From positions 1 through 64,000 of IMG/VR virus record IMGVR_UViG_3300046697_000351: a DNA stretch of 64,000 nucleotides. One strand, 5' to 3'. A model generated the notes under the pieces. The model did not search any database and had not been told where the DNA came from. It saw nothing but the letters and a program-made list of their open reading frames with translations. Numbering within the stretch: position 1 is the stretch's first letter; each line of letters starts with the position of its first letter. Position numbers and translations under genes: made by a program. This DNA is from an uncultured virus (IMG/VR IMGVR_UViG_3300046697_000351). Taxonomy: Duplodnaviria; Heunggongvirae; Uroviricota; Caudoviricetes. Positions 26,135 through 35,581 of this stretch are shown one piece after another.

Positions 26135-26755
26135 ATGGCCAAGAAGAAGACGAGGCTGATTCCGACTTCAGACTACGTCACGGGGTACGCGGATCACGTC
26201 TGGCAGACCCTGGTAGACTGCGCTGAGGAGACCAAGTCCGTCTACCCGATGCTGACCTACGCCGTAGACGGCCAGGAGTTCTCGGTGCCGATGTCCTTTC
26301 TCATGTTCACCGAGATGGGGAAGAGCGTGGTCGCCAAGCCCGCAGCCCTCCCGATCCTGATCGCGAGGATGGGTACTGAGTTCGCGCTGCTGGCCATGCA
26401 GATGTCCTCGTGCGGGAGCGAGGCCGACTTCACCCACGACGTCGAGTGCGTGCTCCGCCGGATCAAACCCCAATGCCTAGTCTTCTCGGCCCCGGTCAGG
26501 ACCGTCCGGTCCAAGAAATCTTCACTGACCAGGGGCGAGATCGTCAGGGCCATGTCCGATGCCGTGGCCAAGGGCCCGGATGCCGTCGTCGTCGTGTCCC
26601 GGAACCCGGTTAGGACCTTCTCCGTAGTCAGGCCCATGTCTAGGAGCCTCTCTGGGGACATCGTCTTCGGGGAGCCCGAGACCATGGACTCTCTCCTGGG
26701 TGAACCCCAGCCCGGGGGATACTTTTCACGCGTGTTCGATCCAGACCAAAACTAG
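26135..26755 (+). CDS. Hypothetical protein
   Basis: GAGGGAG RBS. Confidence 0.65.
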   Translation: MAKKKTRLIPTSDYVTGYADHVWQTLVDCAEETKSVYPMLTYAVDGQEFSVPMSFLMFTEMGKSVVAKPAALPILIARMGTEFALLAMQMSSCGSEADFTHDVECVLRRIKPQCLVFSAPVRTVRSKKSSLTRGEIVRAMSDAVAKGPDAVVVVSRNPVRTFSVVRPMSRSLSGDIVFGEPETMDSLLGEPQPGGYFSRVFDPDQN

Positions 26756-26765
26756 GAGGCAGATA

Positions 26766-27155
26766 ATGCGCTTGATCAACATCACGTTCGCGTCAGAACT
26801 CGGGATAAAGGCGATGATGGCCCTGTCCGAGGCCAAGGACTCGATGACCACCCAGGAGGTGGCGCGCAGGGTCAAGTGCTCCCCCGCGCACATGTCCAAA
26901 ATCCTTCAGCGCCTGACCAAGGGCCGCCTCGTGGTGTCGGCCCGGGGCCCGCGCGGCGGCTACCGGATCAACGGCCCCGCGAACATGACCGCCGCCTGCG
27001 TCATCGAGGTCGTGGACGGTCACCGGCACATCCTTCCCCGAGGACTACGCAGCCCAAAGGCGCGCGGGACCCCCTATAAGCTGATGATGCGCACGATCGA
27101 GCTGGACGCGTTCGAGACCCTGCGGTCGCGCACGATCTGCGACCTCGCGTCATGA
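26766..27155 (+). CDS. Rrf2-family transcriptional regulator
   Basis: EVARRVKCSPAHMSKILQRL...VSARGPRGGY signature; GGAGG RBS. Confidence 0.85.
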   Translation: MRLINITFASELGIKAMMALSEAKDSMTTQEVARRVKCSPAHMSKILQRLTKGRLVVSARGPRGGYRINGPANMTAACVIEVVDGHRHILPRGLRSPKARGTPYKLMMRTIELDAFETLRSRTICDLAS

Positions 27156-27586
27156 GCGAACTCATCAGCGTAGAGGAGGCGGCGGCCCAGGGCGTGACGG
27201 AGTCCCCGATCGCTGCGGTCGCGAGCATCGACGAGAACTACCGGGTCCCTTACTCGGTCCAGGGCTCAAACGTGCTCCGGTTCTGGTCCGAGAAGGCGGA
27301 CCCCAAGACCCTGTTCTGCGAGAACGTGGTCATGCGCCGGGAACTCAAGGTCGGAGATGGTCTGATCCTGGTCCTGTCCATCGCTAAGCTCCTGGGCTTC
27401 TACAATGCCGAGCCCGATGTCATGTGCCCGGCCTACGGAAAGCCAGAGATGTCTGTGGCGTGGCGGGTCGTAGTCAAGAGCGTGATCCGACCCACCCATA
27501 TGAGCGGGGTCGTGGTCCACGATGCCGTGATCGTCGAGGTCGCGGAATCCTACAACCCGGTGCCGGTCGCGGAGGCCGCATTTTGA
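27152..27586 (+). CDS. Hypothetical protein
   Basis: ATGA overlap. Confidence 0.6.
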   Translation: MSELISVEEAAAQGVTESPIAAVASIDENYRVPYSVQGSNVLRFWSEKADPKTLFCENVVMRRELKVGDGLILVLSIAKLLGFYNAEPDVMCPAYGKPEMSVAWRVVVKSVIRPTHMSGVVVHDAVIVEVAESYNPVPVAEAAF

Positions 27587-29718
27587 GGGACATCAAGGAG
27601 TTCTTTGCCCCAGGCGGCCTGCTCGCGTCACAGTTCAGCAAGTACGAGGCCAGGCCCCAGCAGCTGAAGATGGCCGAGGGCGTGGCCTACGCCGCCGACA
27701 ATAACAGGTGCGCCTTGATCGAGGCCGGGACCGGGGTCGGCAAGTCCCTGGGCTACCTGATCCCGTTCCTGACCAGGATCGAGGAGGACCGCAACGTCCA
27801 CGTCGAAGTCGAGGACCCGGAGACCGGGGACGTCAAGGTCGAGGACCGGCCCCGGCGCCTGATCATATCCACGGGAACTATCAACCTCCAGCAGCAGCTC
27901 ATGGACAAGGAGCTGCCGATGCTGCGCAAACTCTTCCCGTGGCTGACCTACGCCATGGCCATAGGTACCGAGAACTACCTCTGCGGATGCCGCCTGGACA
28001 GGGCCTTGGCCGATGTCGCGAATAACCCCATGCTCTTCAGCTCCGTGGATGACCTGAAGATGATTGAGGCCTGGTCCCGGAAGACCAAGACCGGAATGCG
28101 CATGGACCTGCCGAAGACCGTGGATCACAGCGTGTGGTCAGCGGTGAACCGCCAGGCCGATCTCTGCAAGTGCAAGGAATTCACGGAGGAGAACCGCTGC
28201 TTCTACCGCAAGGCTAGGGCCGAGATAAACCAGGCTCACGTCCTGGTCGTCAACCACTGGCTGCTGATGCTGGGGCTGACCGTGGAGAACGTGAAGATAC
28301 TCCCCGGATTCGACTACCTCGTGATCGACGAGGTCCACCAGCTGGAGGCCATCGCCGCCCAGGTCTTCGGGATCGAGGTCTCGAACTTCAAGGTCAAGCA
28401 CCTGGTCGACGACAGCCGCCGGTTCTTCCGATCGATGGAGTCGGGGATGGTGAAGGCCAGTGAGGCCCAGGAAATCCTGGACATGATCGAGGGCGGCTCC
28501 GAGACCCTGTTCGATACGATGCGGACCAGGCTCAGGGCCGAGGACAAGGAGGTCCTGCGCCTGCGCCAGCCCATGCTGGCCATGGACCAGCTCCAGAACG
28601 TGGAGCTGATCACGCAGATGGACAGGATCGCGCAGTGGCTGGCAGACGCGGCCCCGCACATCGGAGATGATCAGAGGCTGATGGAGGTCAGGTCCCTGTC
28701 CAAGCGCGCGGCCAAGATCGCGGGGGAGACCCGGAGGTGGCTGACCCAGGCCGAGCCCGACCACGTTTACCAGGTCGCGAGCGAGTCCAAGGGCAAGCGG
28801 ATAGTGGCCAAGTCCTGCCCCGTGGACGTCTCCTCGTACCTGCGGACCTGCCTCTGGGGCCTGGGCGTACCCGTGATCGGGACTAGTGCGACGATCGCCA
28901 CGGGCCGGTCCATGGACTTCATGAAGAGGAAGCTCGGGGCCGAGGCCGCCGAGGAGATGGTCCTGGACTCCCCCTTCGAGTACGACAAGAACTCCCTGAT
29001 CTACGTTGCCTCAGACATGCCCGAGGTCAAGGGCGCGAAGCAGGACGCTGGATACTACCAGAAGATAACGGGCAGGGTCGTGGACCTCCTGAGCATCACC
29101 AGGGGCCGGGCCCTGATCCTCTGCACCAGCAACTACGCGATGAAGACCATGGGCGCCAGCCTCAAGGTTATGCTGCCGGACCTCAAGATCATGGTCCAGG
29201 GCGAGGACCTGGAGCGCCACGCCATGGTCGACGAGCTGAAGCGAAATCCTGGGGCCGTGATTTGCGCCACGGAGTCGTTCTGGCACGGGGTCGACATCCC
29301 GGGCGCGGCCCTGGTGCTCGTGATCATCATCAAGATTCCCTTCTCTAATCCAGCAGACCCCCTGTTCGAGGCCAAGTCCGAGAAGATCGACCGCGCGGCC
29401 CAGGCCCTGGGCAAGCGCCAGCAGTTCATGGCCGGTTCCTTCATGTCCCTGTCCGTGCCCGAGGCCACGATCAAGCTGAAGCAGGGCTTCGGGCGCCTGA
29501 TCCGGACCTCGACCGACTTCGGAGTCATCGCCATCCTCGACCCCAGGATCGTGACCAAGAAATCCTACGGACAGAGGATGCTCCAGTCCCTGCCCAGGAC
29601 CTATGTCGTCGCGGACCTGGAGGCGGTGAGGAAGTTCTTCGCCGAGCGCCTGCCACCTCCGGGCTCTGAGCCCATGCCGGGGGTTGTGACGGGCGAGATT
29701 GAAGAAATTCCCTTCTGA
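27583..29718 (+). CDS. DinG/YoaA-family Fe-S DNA helicase
   Basis: EARPQQ Q-motif, EAGTGVGKSLGYL, Fe-S cysteines, DEVH, GVDIPG, KQGFGRLIR; TTG start after GGAGG. Confidence 0.92.
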   Translation: MRDIKEFFAPGGLLASQFSKYEARPQQLKMAEGVAYAADNNRCALIEAGTGVGKSLGYLIPFLTRIEEDRNVHVEVEDPETGDVKVEDRPRRLIISTGTINLQQQLMDKELPMLRKLFPWLTYAMAIGTENYLCGCRLDRALADVANNPMLFSSVDDLKMIEAWSRKTKTGMRMDLPKTVDHSVWSAVNRQADLCKCKEFTEENRCFYRKARAEINQAHVLVVNHWLLMLGLTVENVKILPGFDYLVIDEVHQLEAIAAQVFGIEVSNFKVKHLVDDSRRFFRSMESGMVKASEAQEILDMIEGGSETLFDTMRTRLRAEDKEVLRLRQPMLAMDQLQNVELITQMDRIAQWLADAAPHIGDDQRLMEVRSLSKRAAKIAGETRRWLTQAEPDHVYQVASESKGKRIVAKSCPVDVSSYLRTCLWGLGVPVIGTSATIATGRSMDFMKRKLGAEAAEEMVLDSPFEYDKNSLIYVASDMPEVKGAKQDAGYYQKITGRVVDLLSITRGRALILCTSNYAMKTMGASLKVMLPDLKIMVQGEDLERHAMVDELKRNPGAVICATESFWHGVDIPGAALVLVIIIKIPFSNPADPLFEAKSEKIDRAAQALGKRQQFMAGSFMSLSVPEATIKLKQGFGRLIRTSTDFGVIAILDPRIVTKKSYGQRMLQSLPRTYVVADLEAVRKFFAERLPPPGSEPMPGVVTGEIEEIPF

Positions 29719-29722
29719 CAGA

Positions 29723-30031
29723 ATGTGCTCCCGCTGCGATTGGCGCGAGTTGGTGTCCCAGGTCAAGGCCGTGGTCGCCGACAGGCCACCGGCCCTGGGC
29801 GAGCGCCAGCGCGACTGGATCGAGGCCATCGCCGTAACCGTCGACGACGACCACCACGCCACCGACCACCAGAAGGCGGTGGTCCGGCGCATCCTCAGGG
29901 AGCGCGGGATCGAGTCATGGCGCGCGATCCCCAAGGCCTTGGACAAGTCCGAGTGGTCGGAGAAGAAGAAGCGGGCCTGGCGGGAGCGCCGGAATCTCGC
30001 GGCCAGGTGCCGGTCCCACTCCGGGTTCTGA
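29723..30031 (+). CDS. Hypothetical protein
   Basis: ORF directly after DinG. Confidence 0.5.
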   Translation: MCSRCDWRELVSQVKAVVADRPPALGERQRDWIEAIAVTVDDDHHATDHQKAVVRRILRERGIESWRAIPKALDKSEWSEKKKRAWRERRNLAARCRSHSGF

Positions 30032-30257
30032 CGGTGGCATCATGAGCGAGTCCTACGACTGCTTCCGGGACAGGCTCCCGAACGCGGTGTGCATGGGCGA
30101 CAAGCACTCGTGCTGCGCGCGCTGCGTCAACAGCAAGAGCGAAGAAGAGAGGAGGGCCCTGATAATGGGCCGGGAGATTCCCGATGGTAATTATCCCTTG
30201 ACAACACTTAAAACAAATAGGACTTTACAACGGAAAATAATATGCTATACTATAAAT

Positions 30258-30327
30258 GCTCCCGGTGGATTTTCTATTTACGGGTCGTCCGTGCCGACGG
30301 GAAACCATCGGGAGCCACGGACGACCC
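30258..30327 (+). ncRNA. Structured (pseudoknot-like) 5' leader of tnpB2
   Basis: 30258-68 pairs 30305-15; 30282-93 pairs 30316-27 (12/12); begins 7 nt after TG-C-TATACT. Confidence 0.7.
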
Positions 30328-30333
30328 ACTTTT

Positions 30334-31521
30334 ATGATTCTTAAAACTTTCCAGCTAAGGCTCTACCCAAATCGTCGGCAGACGCGCTTGCTATCCAAAC
30401 ATTTCGGCTGTGCCCGCTTCGTCTACAACTGGGGGCTGGCAAAGAAACGGGACGAATATGAGAAAACTGGGAAGTCCTCCACATGGGTCGCTCTCTGCAA
30501 AGAACTAACCATATTGAAGCAGGGCACCTATTGGCTGTGTGAGGTAGCCACTGCTCCATTACAATCTTCTATCCGGCATCTCGACGCGGCTTACCAGAAG
30601 TTTTTCAAGGAGAAGAAAGGATATCCGGCGTTCAAGCGCAAACACGGACGTCAGGCATTTCAGTATCCGGAGAACGTTAAGGTTAACGCCGAAAAGCGTC
30701 AGTTGTATTTCCCATGCATCGGATGGGTACGCTACCTCGATGGGCGCAGTATGGACGGGCAGATTAAAACCGTGACCGTAGTGCGTAGCGCGACGGGTAA
30801 GCACTACGCGCAGGTCCTGGTTTTACTACCTGATAATATCCCTGAGAAGAAGCCTCTCGATAAGTCGCGTGCGGTTGGCATTGATGTCGGCCTGACGACA
30901 TTCGCTACATTCTCTGACGGGCGCAAGGTCGCTAACCCGCGTTTCCTAAAATGGAGTCTTAAAAAGCTGGCGACGGCAAACAGGCATCTGAGTCGGACGC
31001 GGAAAGGTTCAGAGAACCGTGGCAAGGCGCGGTTACATTTGGCATTGGCTCACGAGAAGGTCGCTAACCGCAGAAAAGATTTCCTGCATAAACTGACGAC
31101 ACAGATGGTAAACGAAAACCAAGTTGACACCTGGGTCATCGAGACGTTGAACGTAGCCGGTATGGTCAAACTGCGGAGCCTATCGAGAAGCATTCATGAT
31201 GCCAGCTGGTCGGAGTTTGTACGTCAGCTAGTGTATAAATGTGACTGGCGTGGTAAGAACTTGATAAAGATTGGTAGGTTCATGCCGTCGTCTAAGATGT
31301 GCTCTTGCGGTGCAGTAAATGATGACTTGCGTTTGGCTGACCGGACGTGGACGTGCAGGATGTGCGGGGTTACGCATGACAGGGATATCCTAGCGGCCCA
31401 GAACATTCTGAAGTTTTCTAATCTAAATACCGAGGGCAACCCGGGAATTAACGCCTCTGGAGAGGAAGGTCGTAAACTTCCCCGTGGAAAGAGGAAATCC
31501 ATACGTGTTCGGAAGGGATAG
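30334..31521 (+). CDS. tnpB: RNA-guided endonuclease TnpB
   Basis: GIDVGL / VIETLNV / HDRDILAAQNI RuvC triad intact; close paralog of tnpB1. Confidence 0.95.
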   Translation: MILKTFQLRLYPNRRQTRLLSKHFGCARFVYNWGLAKKRDEYEKTGKSSTWVALCKELTILKQGTYWLCEVATAPLQSSIRHLDAAYQKFFKEKKGYPAFKRKHGRQAFQYPENVKVNAEKRQLYFPCIGWVRYLDGRSMDGQIKTVTVVRSATGKHYAQVLVLLPDNIPEKKPLDKSRAVGIDVGLTTFATFSDGRKVANPRFLKWSLKKLATANRHLSRTRKGSENRGKARLHLALAHEKVANRRKDFLHKLTTQMVNENQVDTWVIETLNVAGMVKLRSLSRSIHDASWSEFVRQLVYKCDWRGKNLIKIGRFMPSSKMCSCGAVNDDLRLADRTWTCRMCGVTHDRDILAAQNILKFSNLNTEGNPGINASGEEGRKLPRGKRKSIRVRKG

Positions 31522-31526
31522 TTGCC
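31427..31526 (+). ncRNA. Putative omegaRNA scaffold of tnpB2 (boundaries approximate)
   Basis: Conserved with 15131-15231; CCTCT/AGAGG vs CTTCT/GGAAG compensatory pairing. Confidence 0.65.
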
Positions 31527-31532
31527 TTCCCG

Positions 31533-32474
31533 ATGGACGAGAACAAGCAGATTCAGGCGGTGGGCAGCAAGGGCCTGGAGCAGATCGCGGAGGAGAAGGC
31601 TCAGGAGCGCGGACTACAGGAGCAGGCGGCGGCTCAGGGTCAGCGGGTAGCTCCCAAGGGGCAGCCCCCGAGGATCAACAACTTCTTCCTGATCAGGACC
31701 CCGATGGAGCCGCAGGCCTTCGTCGACTTTATCGATAAGGACGTCCTGAACAAGAACGAGATCAGGATCGATCCCTGCGGCGCGATGATGGGCATGATCA
31801 CCCTCCGTTTCGCCTCTGGCCTGCCCAGGCCCGGGGCGGCCCTGCCCATCGAGACCCAGGGTCCCGGGGCATCGCCCCTGGTCAAGGTCGAGAACATGAT
31901 CTTGGCCAAGCTCGACGCTGGGCCGTGGCCCTGGTACGACCGGGTCTCGACCGACATCCTGACCCAGATCGTGGAGCGCCTGAACGTCAGGGCCTGGGTC
32001 TGCGGCTGGGCCATGGACAAGGCCTGGTCCTGGGTAGAGGCCTGGCGACCGCACCGCAACACCGGGACCGCGACCATGACCGAGACTTTCGATGGTCCCT
32101 CAAACGGGGAGGTGACGAGGAAGGCGGCGGAGCGCTGGGGGATAAACGTCCGGGACGCGTTCGACGCCCTACACCTGGCGGCCCAGTACGAGGCCCTGCG
32201 GAGGTGGCTGATCCTGCCGGAGCCCAGGCCCGTGCCGTTCACGGCCCACGTCAGCTACCTCGCGGGAAAGCTGCTGGTCGGGGAGGGAGATAGGGAATGG
32301 ATCGTAAAAAAATGGGAAGAAAATTTTCCCTGGCGCAGGCCCGAGGATGGGCCGCTGCACATCCAACGCTACTACCTGCCCCGGAACCAGCAGGAGATGC
32401 TGGAAAAGATCGAGCAGGATAAAAAAGGAAAGGCCCCAACCTTTCGATTGGAGCCCCCCTTCGCTGGCCTCTAG
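31533..32474 (+). CDS. Hypothetical protein
   Basis: 313-aa GC3-rich ORF; start codon overlaps the TSD. Confidence 0.7.
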   Translation: MDENKQIQAVGSKGLEQIAEEKAQERGLQEQAAAQGQRVAPKGQPPRINNFFLIRTPMEPQAFVDFIDKDVLNKNEIRIDPCGAMMGMITLRFASGLPRPGAALPIETQGPGASPLVKVENMILAKLDAGPWPWYDRVSTDILTQIVERLNVRAWVCGWAMDKAWSWVEAWRPHRNTGTATMTETFDGPSNGEVTRKAAERWGINVRDAFDALHLAAQYEALRRWLILPEPRPVPFTAHVSYLAGKLLVGEGDREWIVKKWEENFPWRRPEDGPLHIQRYYLPRNQQEMLEKIEQDKKGKAPTFRLEPPFAGL

Positions 32475-32479
32475 GTCGC

Positions 32480-32536
32480 AGGGAGCTACCCTCGGGACTC
32501 AGGATGGGTGAGTCCCTATTGTAGCATGACTTCCCT
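32480..32536. terminator. Extended hairpin between convergent transcription units
   Basis: GGGACTCA/TGAGTCCC core, extended by GCTAC/GTAGC and AGGGA/TCCCT. Confidence 0.5.
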
Positions 32537-32540
32537 CCGA

Positions 32541-32852
32541 TTACAACCGGCCCAGGCGCCGGTCCTGCTCCCTCTTGAACGCGAGTATCGACCGCAGGCC
32601 CTCCTCGTCCCAGAACCGGGGCCGCATCCGCTTGTGGTCCTTGCCCTTGGCTCCCTGGGGCTTGCCCATGCGCCTGCCCTTGGGGAAGGCTGGGTCAGTC
32701 TTGTCCAGGCGAATGACGTAGCTCTGGCTCCAGCCCACGATCCTGGCGACGTCGCCCGAGGAGTAGAGCTTTGTCTGCGGCTCCGGTTCCTCGGTCTTGG
32801 CGATCGCCTGCGCCAGGACCTGGCGGGAGACCGGCCTCACTTTGTTTTCCAT
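32541..32852 (-). CDS. MerR/excisionase-like HTH protein
   Basis: YSSGDVARIVGWSQSYVIRL...FPKGRR...RFW; GGAGG RBS. Confidence 0.7.
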   Translation of the reverse strand: MENKVRPVSRQVLAQAIAKTEEPEPQTKLYSSGDVARIVGWSQSYVIRLDKTDPAFPKGRRMGKPQGAKGKDHKRMRPRFWDEEGLRSILAFKREQDRRLGRL

Positions 32853-33065
32853 GGTACCTCCAGATCAGGCTTCGATTTCTTCACGGTCCTGGACCATTAA
32901 GAACCCATCACAGCATTCGAGTCCGCAGGGACAGGCGGTCGCCCGCAGCCCAGCTTGTCGCATTTGAACCCTGGACAGCCTGCTCTTTTTAGAGAACTTG
33001 TCCAGGAATTGCTCCTTCGTCATCTTCGGCGACCACATATCACTGTCCCTCCTCGTCACCTATTA

Positions 33066-33842
33066 TCAGGATTTGCTCTCCGGACCCGGAAGCATCAGGA
33101 CCGACTTGTGCTTGGCGATCGTCAGGGCGAGACGATCCGGCGTCTTCGTGAAGTCCTGGATACGGCGGTTCAGCTCGGCCATAGCCATCATCAGGCCGTG
33201 GAAAAAGAGTGCGGCCTCGTCCGAGTATGGCATCTCCTTGGCGTCCTCGGGGAGGCTGAACGACACCCAGGAATTGAGGCGTTCTGCGGGGTTGTCGTGG
33301 CCGTGGTGGTCTCCGCCCTCCCCATAGTAGCTCTCGTAGGTGACCTCGGACTGGTCTCCCCAGGTCGTGGTGACCTTGAGGGAGGCCTCAGCCCCCACGG
33401 TGAGTGAGAAGCCTCCCTTCGATCGGTGGCTGGCGCAGTGTCCCCCGTAGGTCTTGTCTCCTATGCCATCCCTCCACTCGGCGCCGGGGTACCTAGCGTT
33501 GGGGAAGATGCGCCCTTCCTTATCCGTGGCGAAGGAGACGTGGGACTCGATGTTGTAGCGGATCACGGGGTCCTTAGTGACGGTCGGCTCCATGAAGGCC
33601 TCATGGGCCTTCTTCACGGCGTCCTCCAGCTCCTTGAAGGTCTCCATCCCAACCGTCTTAAAGAACCCCTCGCGGCACCGCCGCCGATTGTCGATTTTCC
33701 TCTCAGGGAAGGAGACCTTCAGCTTGTTTGGGACGTGGGCGTAGAAGGCTCCGGTGGCGCTGATCTCCACCGAGACCTTGAACTTGTCGACGGCCCCGGC
33801 GTCGTTCTTCGCGACGAACTCGACGTCCTTGAACTTGGGCAT
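33066..33842 (-). CDS. Hypothetical protein
   Basis: GGAG RBS; 258-aa GC3-rich ORF. Confidence 0.7.
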   Translation of the reverse strand: MPKFKDVEFVAKNDAGAVDKFKVSVEISATGAFYAHVPNKLKVSFPERKIDNRRRCREGFFKTVGMETFKELEDAVKKAHEAFMEPTVTKDPVIRYNIESHVSFATDKEGRIFPNARYPGAEWRDGIGDKTYGGHCASHRSKGGFSLTVGAEASLKVTTTWGDQSEVTYESYYGEGGDHHGHDNPAERLNSWVSFSLPEDAKEMPYSDEAALFFHGLMMAMAELNRRIQDFTKTPDRLALTIAKHKSVLMLPGPESKS

Positions 33843-34002
33843 GGTCTACTCCGTCCTTTTTTCCTTGGCGATTAAAATATCCAATGGGTCCATCTGGTCT
33901 TTAGATAAGATTTTTTCAATTCTGCTCGTAATGAGTCTTGGTGCTCGGTACTCGGACCAGCCATCGATCCAGATGCCAAACTCTGGGTTCTCGAACATGT
34001 TC

Positions 34003-34311
34003 CTACTCTTTCGACCACCCCGCCTGCACCAGCCTGATCCCCAGGTTGAGGACCCACATCGATGTTGGGCAGATCGTCCCGGGTTGCAGGCCATTGAGGT
34101 CGCGGACCATGGCCTCGGCCCAGCGCTCCTTCTGGTCGCGCTCATTGAGCCCCGCCCAGTGGCGCCACCCCTTCTTGTAGAGATCGATGATGAGGTCCTT
34201 CGCCCAGAAGGGCACCGTGCAGCCCTTGAAGCCCATGTCGTGGCCCATCGCTTGGATGGCCTCCTGTAACTCCGCCCTGGTGGGCCCCGCCTTGATCTTG
34301 ATGCGGTCCAT
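34003..34311 (-). CDS. Hypothetical protein
   Basis: GGGAGG RBS. Confidence 0.6.
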   Translation of the reverse strand: MDRIKIKAGPTRAELQEAIQAMGHDMGFKGCTVPFWAKDLIIDLYKKGWRHWAGLNERDQKERWAEAMVRDLNGLQPGTICPTSMWVLNLGIRLVQAGWSKE

Positions 34312-34331
34312 GGTCGCCTCCCTAGCGCCTC

Positions 34332-34907
34332 CTACAACCCGGCCTCGCGCAGCGCCTTGCTGATCTCCTTGTTCTGCTCATCGGTGTAGCCCGTGAAGGT
34401 CTTCTGGTCTCGCTTCCATCCTCTGGACTTGACGAACTCGTCCTTGAAGGCCTGGTACTTGGCCACGCGCTCGATGCGCTCCTGCTCGGCCCGCTGTTCA
34501 GCCGCGATCTCGGCGCAGACCTCGCGCTTGATCATGAGGGGGTCGAGGCCCATGAACTTCATGAGGTGGTGGAGGGTCCCCAGGATCGTCCTGGCGTCGT
34601 CCTTGCCCACGAGGTTGTAGAGGTAGGCCTCGCTGAAGAAGGGCTGGTCCTCATCGCCCTTGCTGTAGCCGTCGGCGCTCTTGAACCCGCGCAGCGGCGG
34701 GGCCTCCAGCTTCAGGCGGAGGAGTTTCCTGAAGTAGGCCTTGGCGTCCTCGACCTCGGGGACGTACTCGGCGTGGGTGACGACGGCCTCCTTCGGGAGC
34801 GACCTCTCTACGCGCCGGGTGTCGTGGTTTAGGGCCGGATAGAACTCGCCGGGCTTCTCCCCCTCCATGGGGGGCAGCGGGACTTCGACGGTCAGTCTCA
34901 TCTTCAT
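34332..34907 (-). CDS. Hypothetical protein
   Basis: ATGA overlap. Confidence 0.65.
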   Translation of the reverse strand: MKMRLTVEVPLPPMEGEKPGEFYPALNHDTRRVERSLPKEAVVTHAEYVPEVEDAKAYFRKLLRLKLEAPPLRGFKSADGYSKGDEDQPFFSEAYLYNLVGKDDARTILGTLHHLMKFMGLDPLMIKREVCAEIAAEQRAEQERIERVAKYQAFKDEFVKSRGWKRDQKTFTGYTDEQNKEISKALREAGL

Positions 34908-35581
34908 GGTTTGGGTTCCTCTTTGTGCTCCAGCAGCCCCTGGGCGTGCTGGCGCAGCTGCTCCAGGCCGGTGCGGCGAACGGCGGCCTCGATGAAGCCG
35001 CTGACCTCAGCCTTGGACTCGGCCACGATCTCGTCGGCGCTGTCGTTGAACTGGTCCATGAGGAAGGTCATGTGACTCTTCATCTTCAGGGCGATCTCCG
35101 CCGTCAGATCGATGATCCTCTTCTTGTCGGCGGCGAGAAGGGACTTCTTCTTCATCAGGGTCTCGACCTCGGCGCCCATGGCGTCAAACTGCTTCTTCCA
35201 CTTGGCCATGTCGGCGGCGAAGGTCTGCCTGATCTTCTCCGCGCGCATCGGGACGTTGGGTAGCGGCTCCACGGGCTTGCCCGCGAGAGCCCGGATCGTG
35301 CAGGGGGTCCCGGGACCGCTGTTCATGGTCGTGATCATGGACGCGAACTGGGACTCGCTCATCATGACCTCGATGATGTGGTCGCGCTCGAAGTAGTGGT
35401 CATCGCCCAGATCGTGGACGACCTCGCACCGGCTGATCTCCAGGCTGATCCCGCTGTGGTTGTCTACAGAGGACCCGAAAAGCCGGTAGGCGCCGCGAAC
35501 CCTGGTTCCGCCAGCCGTCCAGCGGGCGATGCTGATGAGGCCGTAGGCGGGGTGCGTCTCCGGCTTAGCGTTTGGGTCCAT
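34904..35581 (-). CDS. Conserved-looking phage hypothetical protein
   Basis: HPAYGLI...LFGS...IEVMMSESQFASMITTMNSGPGTPCTI pattern. Confidence 0.7.
   Translation of the reverse strand: MDPNAKPETHPAYGLISIARWTAGGTRVRGAYRLFGSSVDNHSGISLEISRCEVVHDLGDDHYFERDHIIEVMMSESQFASMITTMNSGPGTPCTIRALAGKPVEPLPNVPMRAEKIRQTFAADMAKWKKQFDAMGAEVETLMKKKSLLAADKKRIIDLTAEIALKMKSHMTFLMDQFNDSADEIVAESKAEVSGFIEAAVRRTGLEQLRQHAQGLLEHKEEPKP

Larger units (their letters stand above)
30186..31526 (+). mobile_element. TIR-flanked non-autonomous tnpB element 2 with 8-bp TSD
   Basis: Ends GGTAATTATCCCTT.../...AAGGGATAGTTGCC (19/25 IR match); TTCCCGAT duplicated at 30178-30185 and 31527-31534. Confidence 0.85.

Noticed and set aside
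27583..29718. DinG as part of a type IV CRISPR-like module with the Cas7-like gene
   Set aside because: It lies 14 kb away in a different gene cluster, with no cas5/cas6/csf1-like genes or CRISPR array; DinG/YoaA helicases are common on their own
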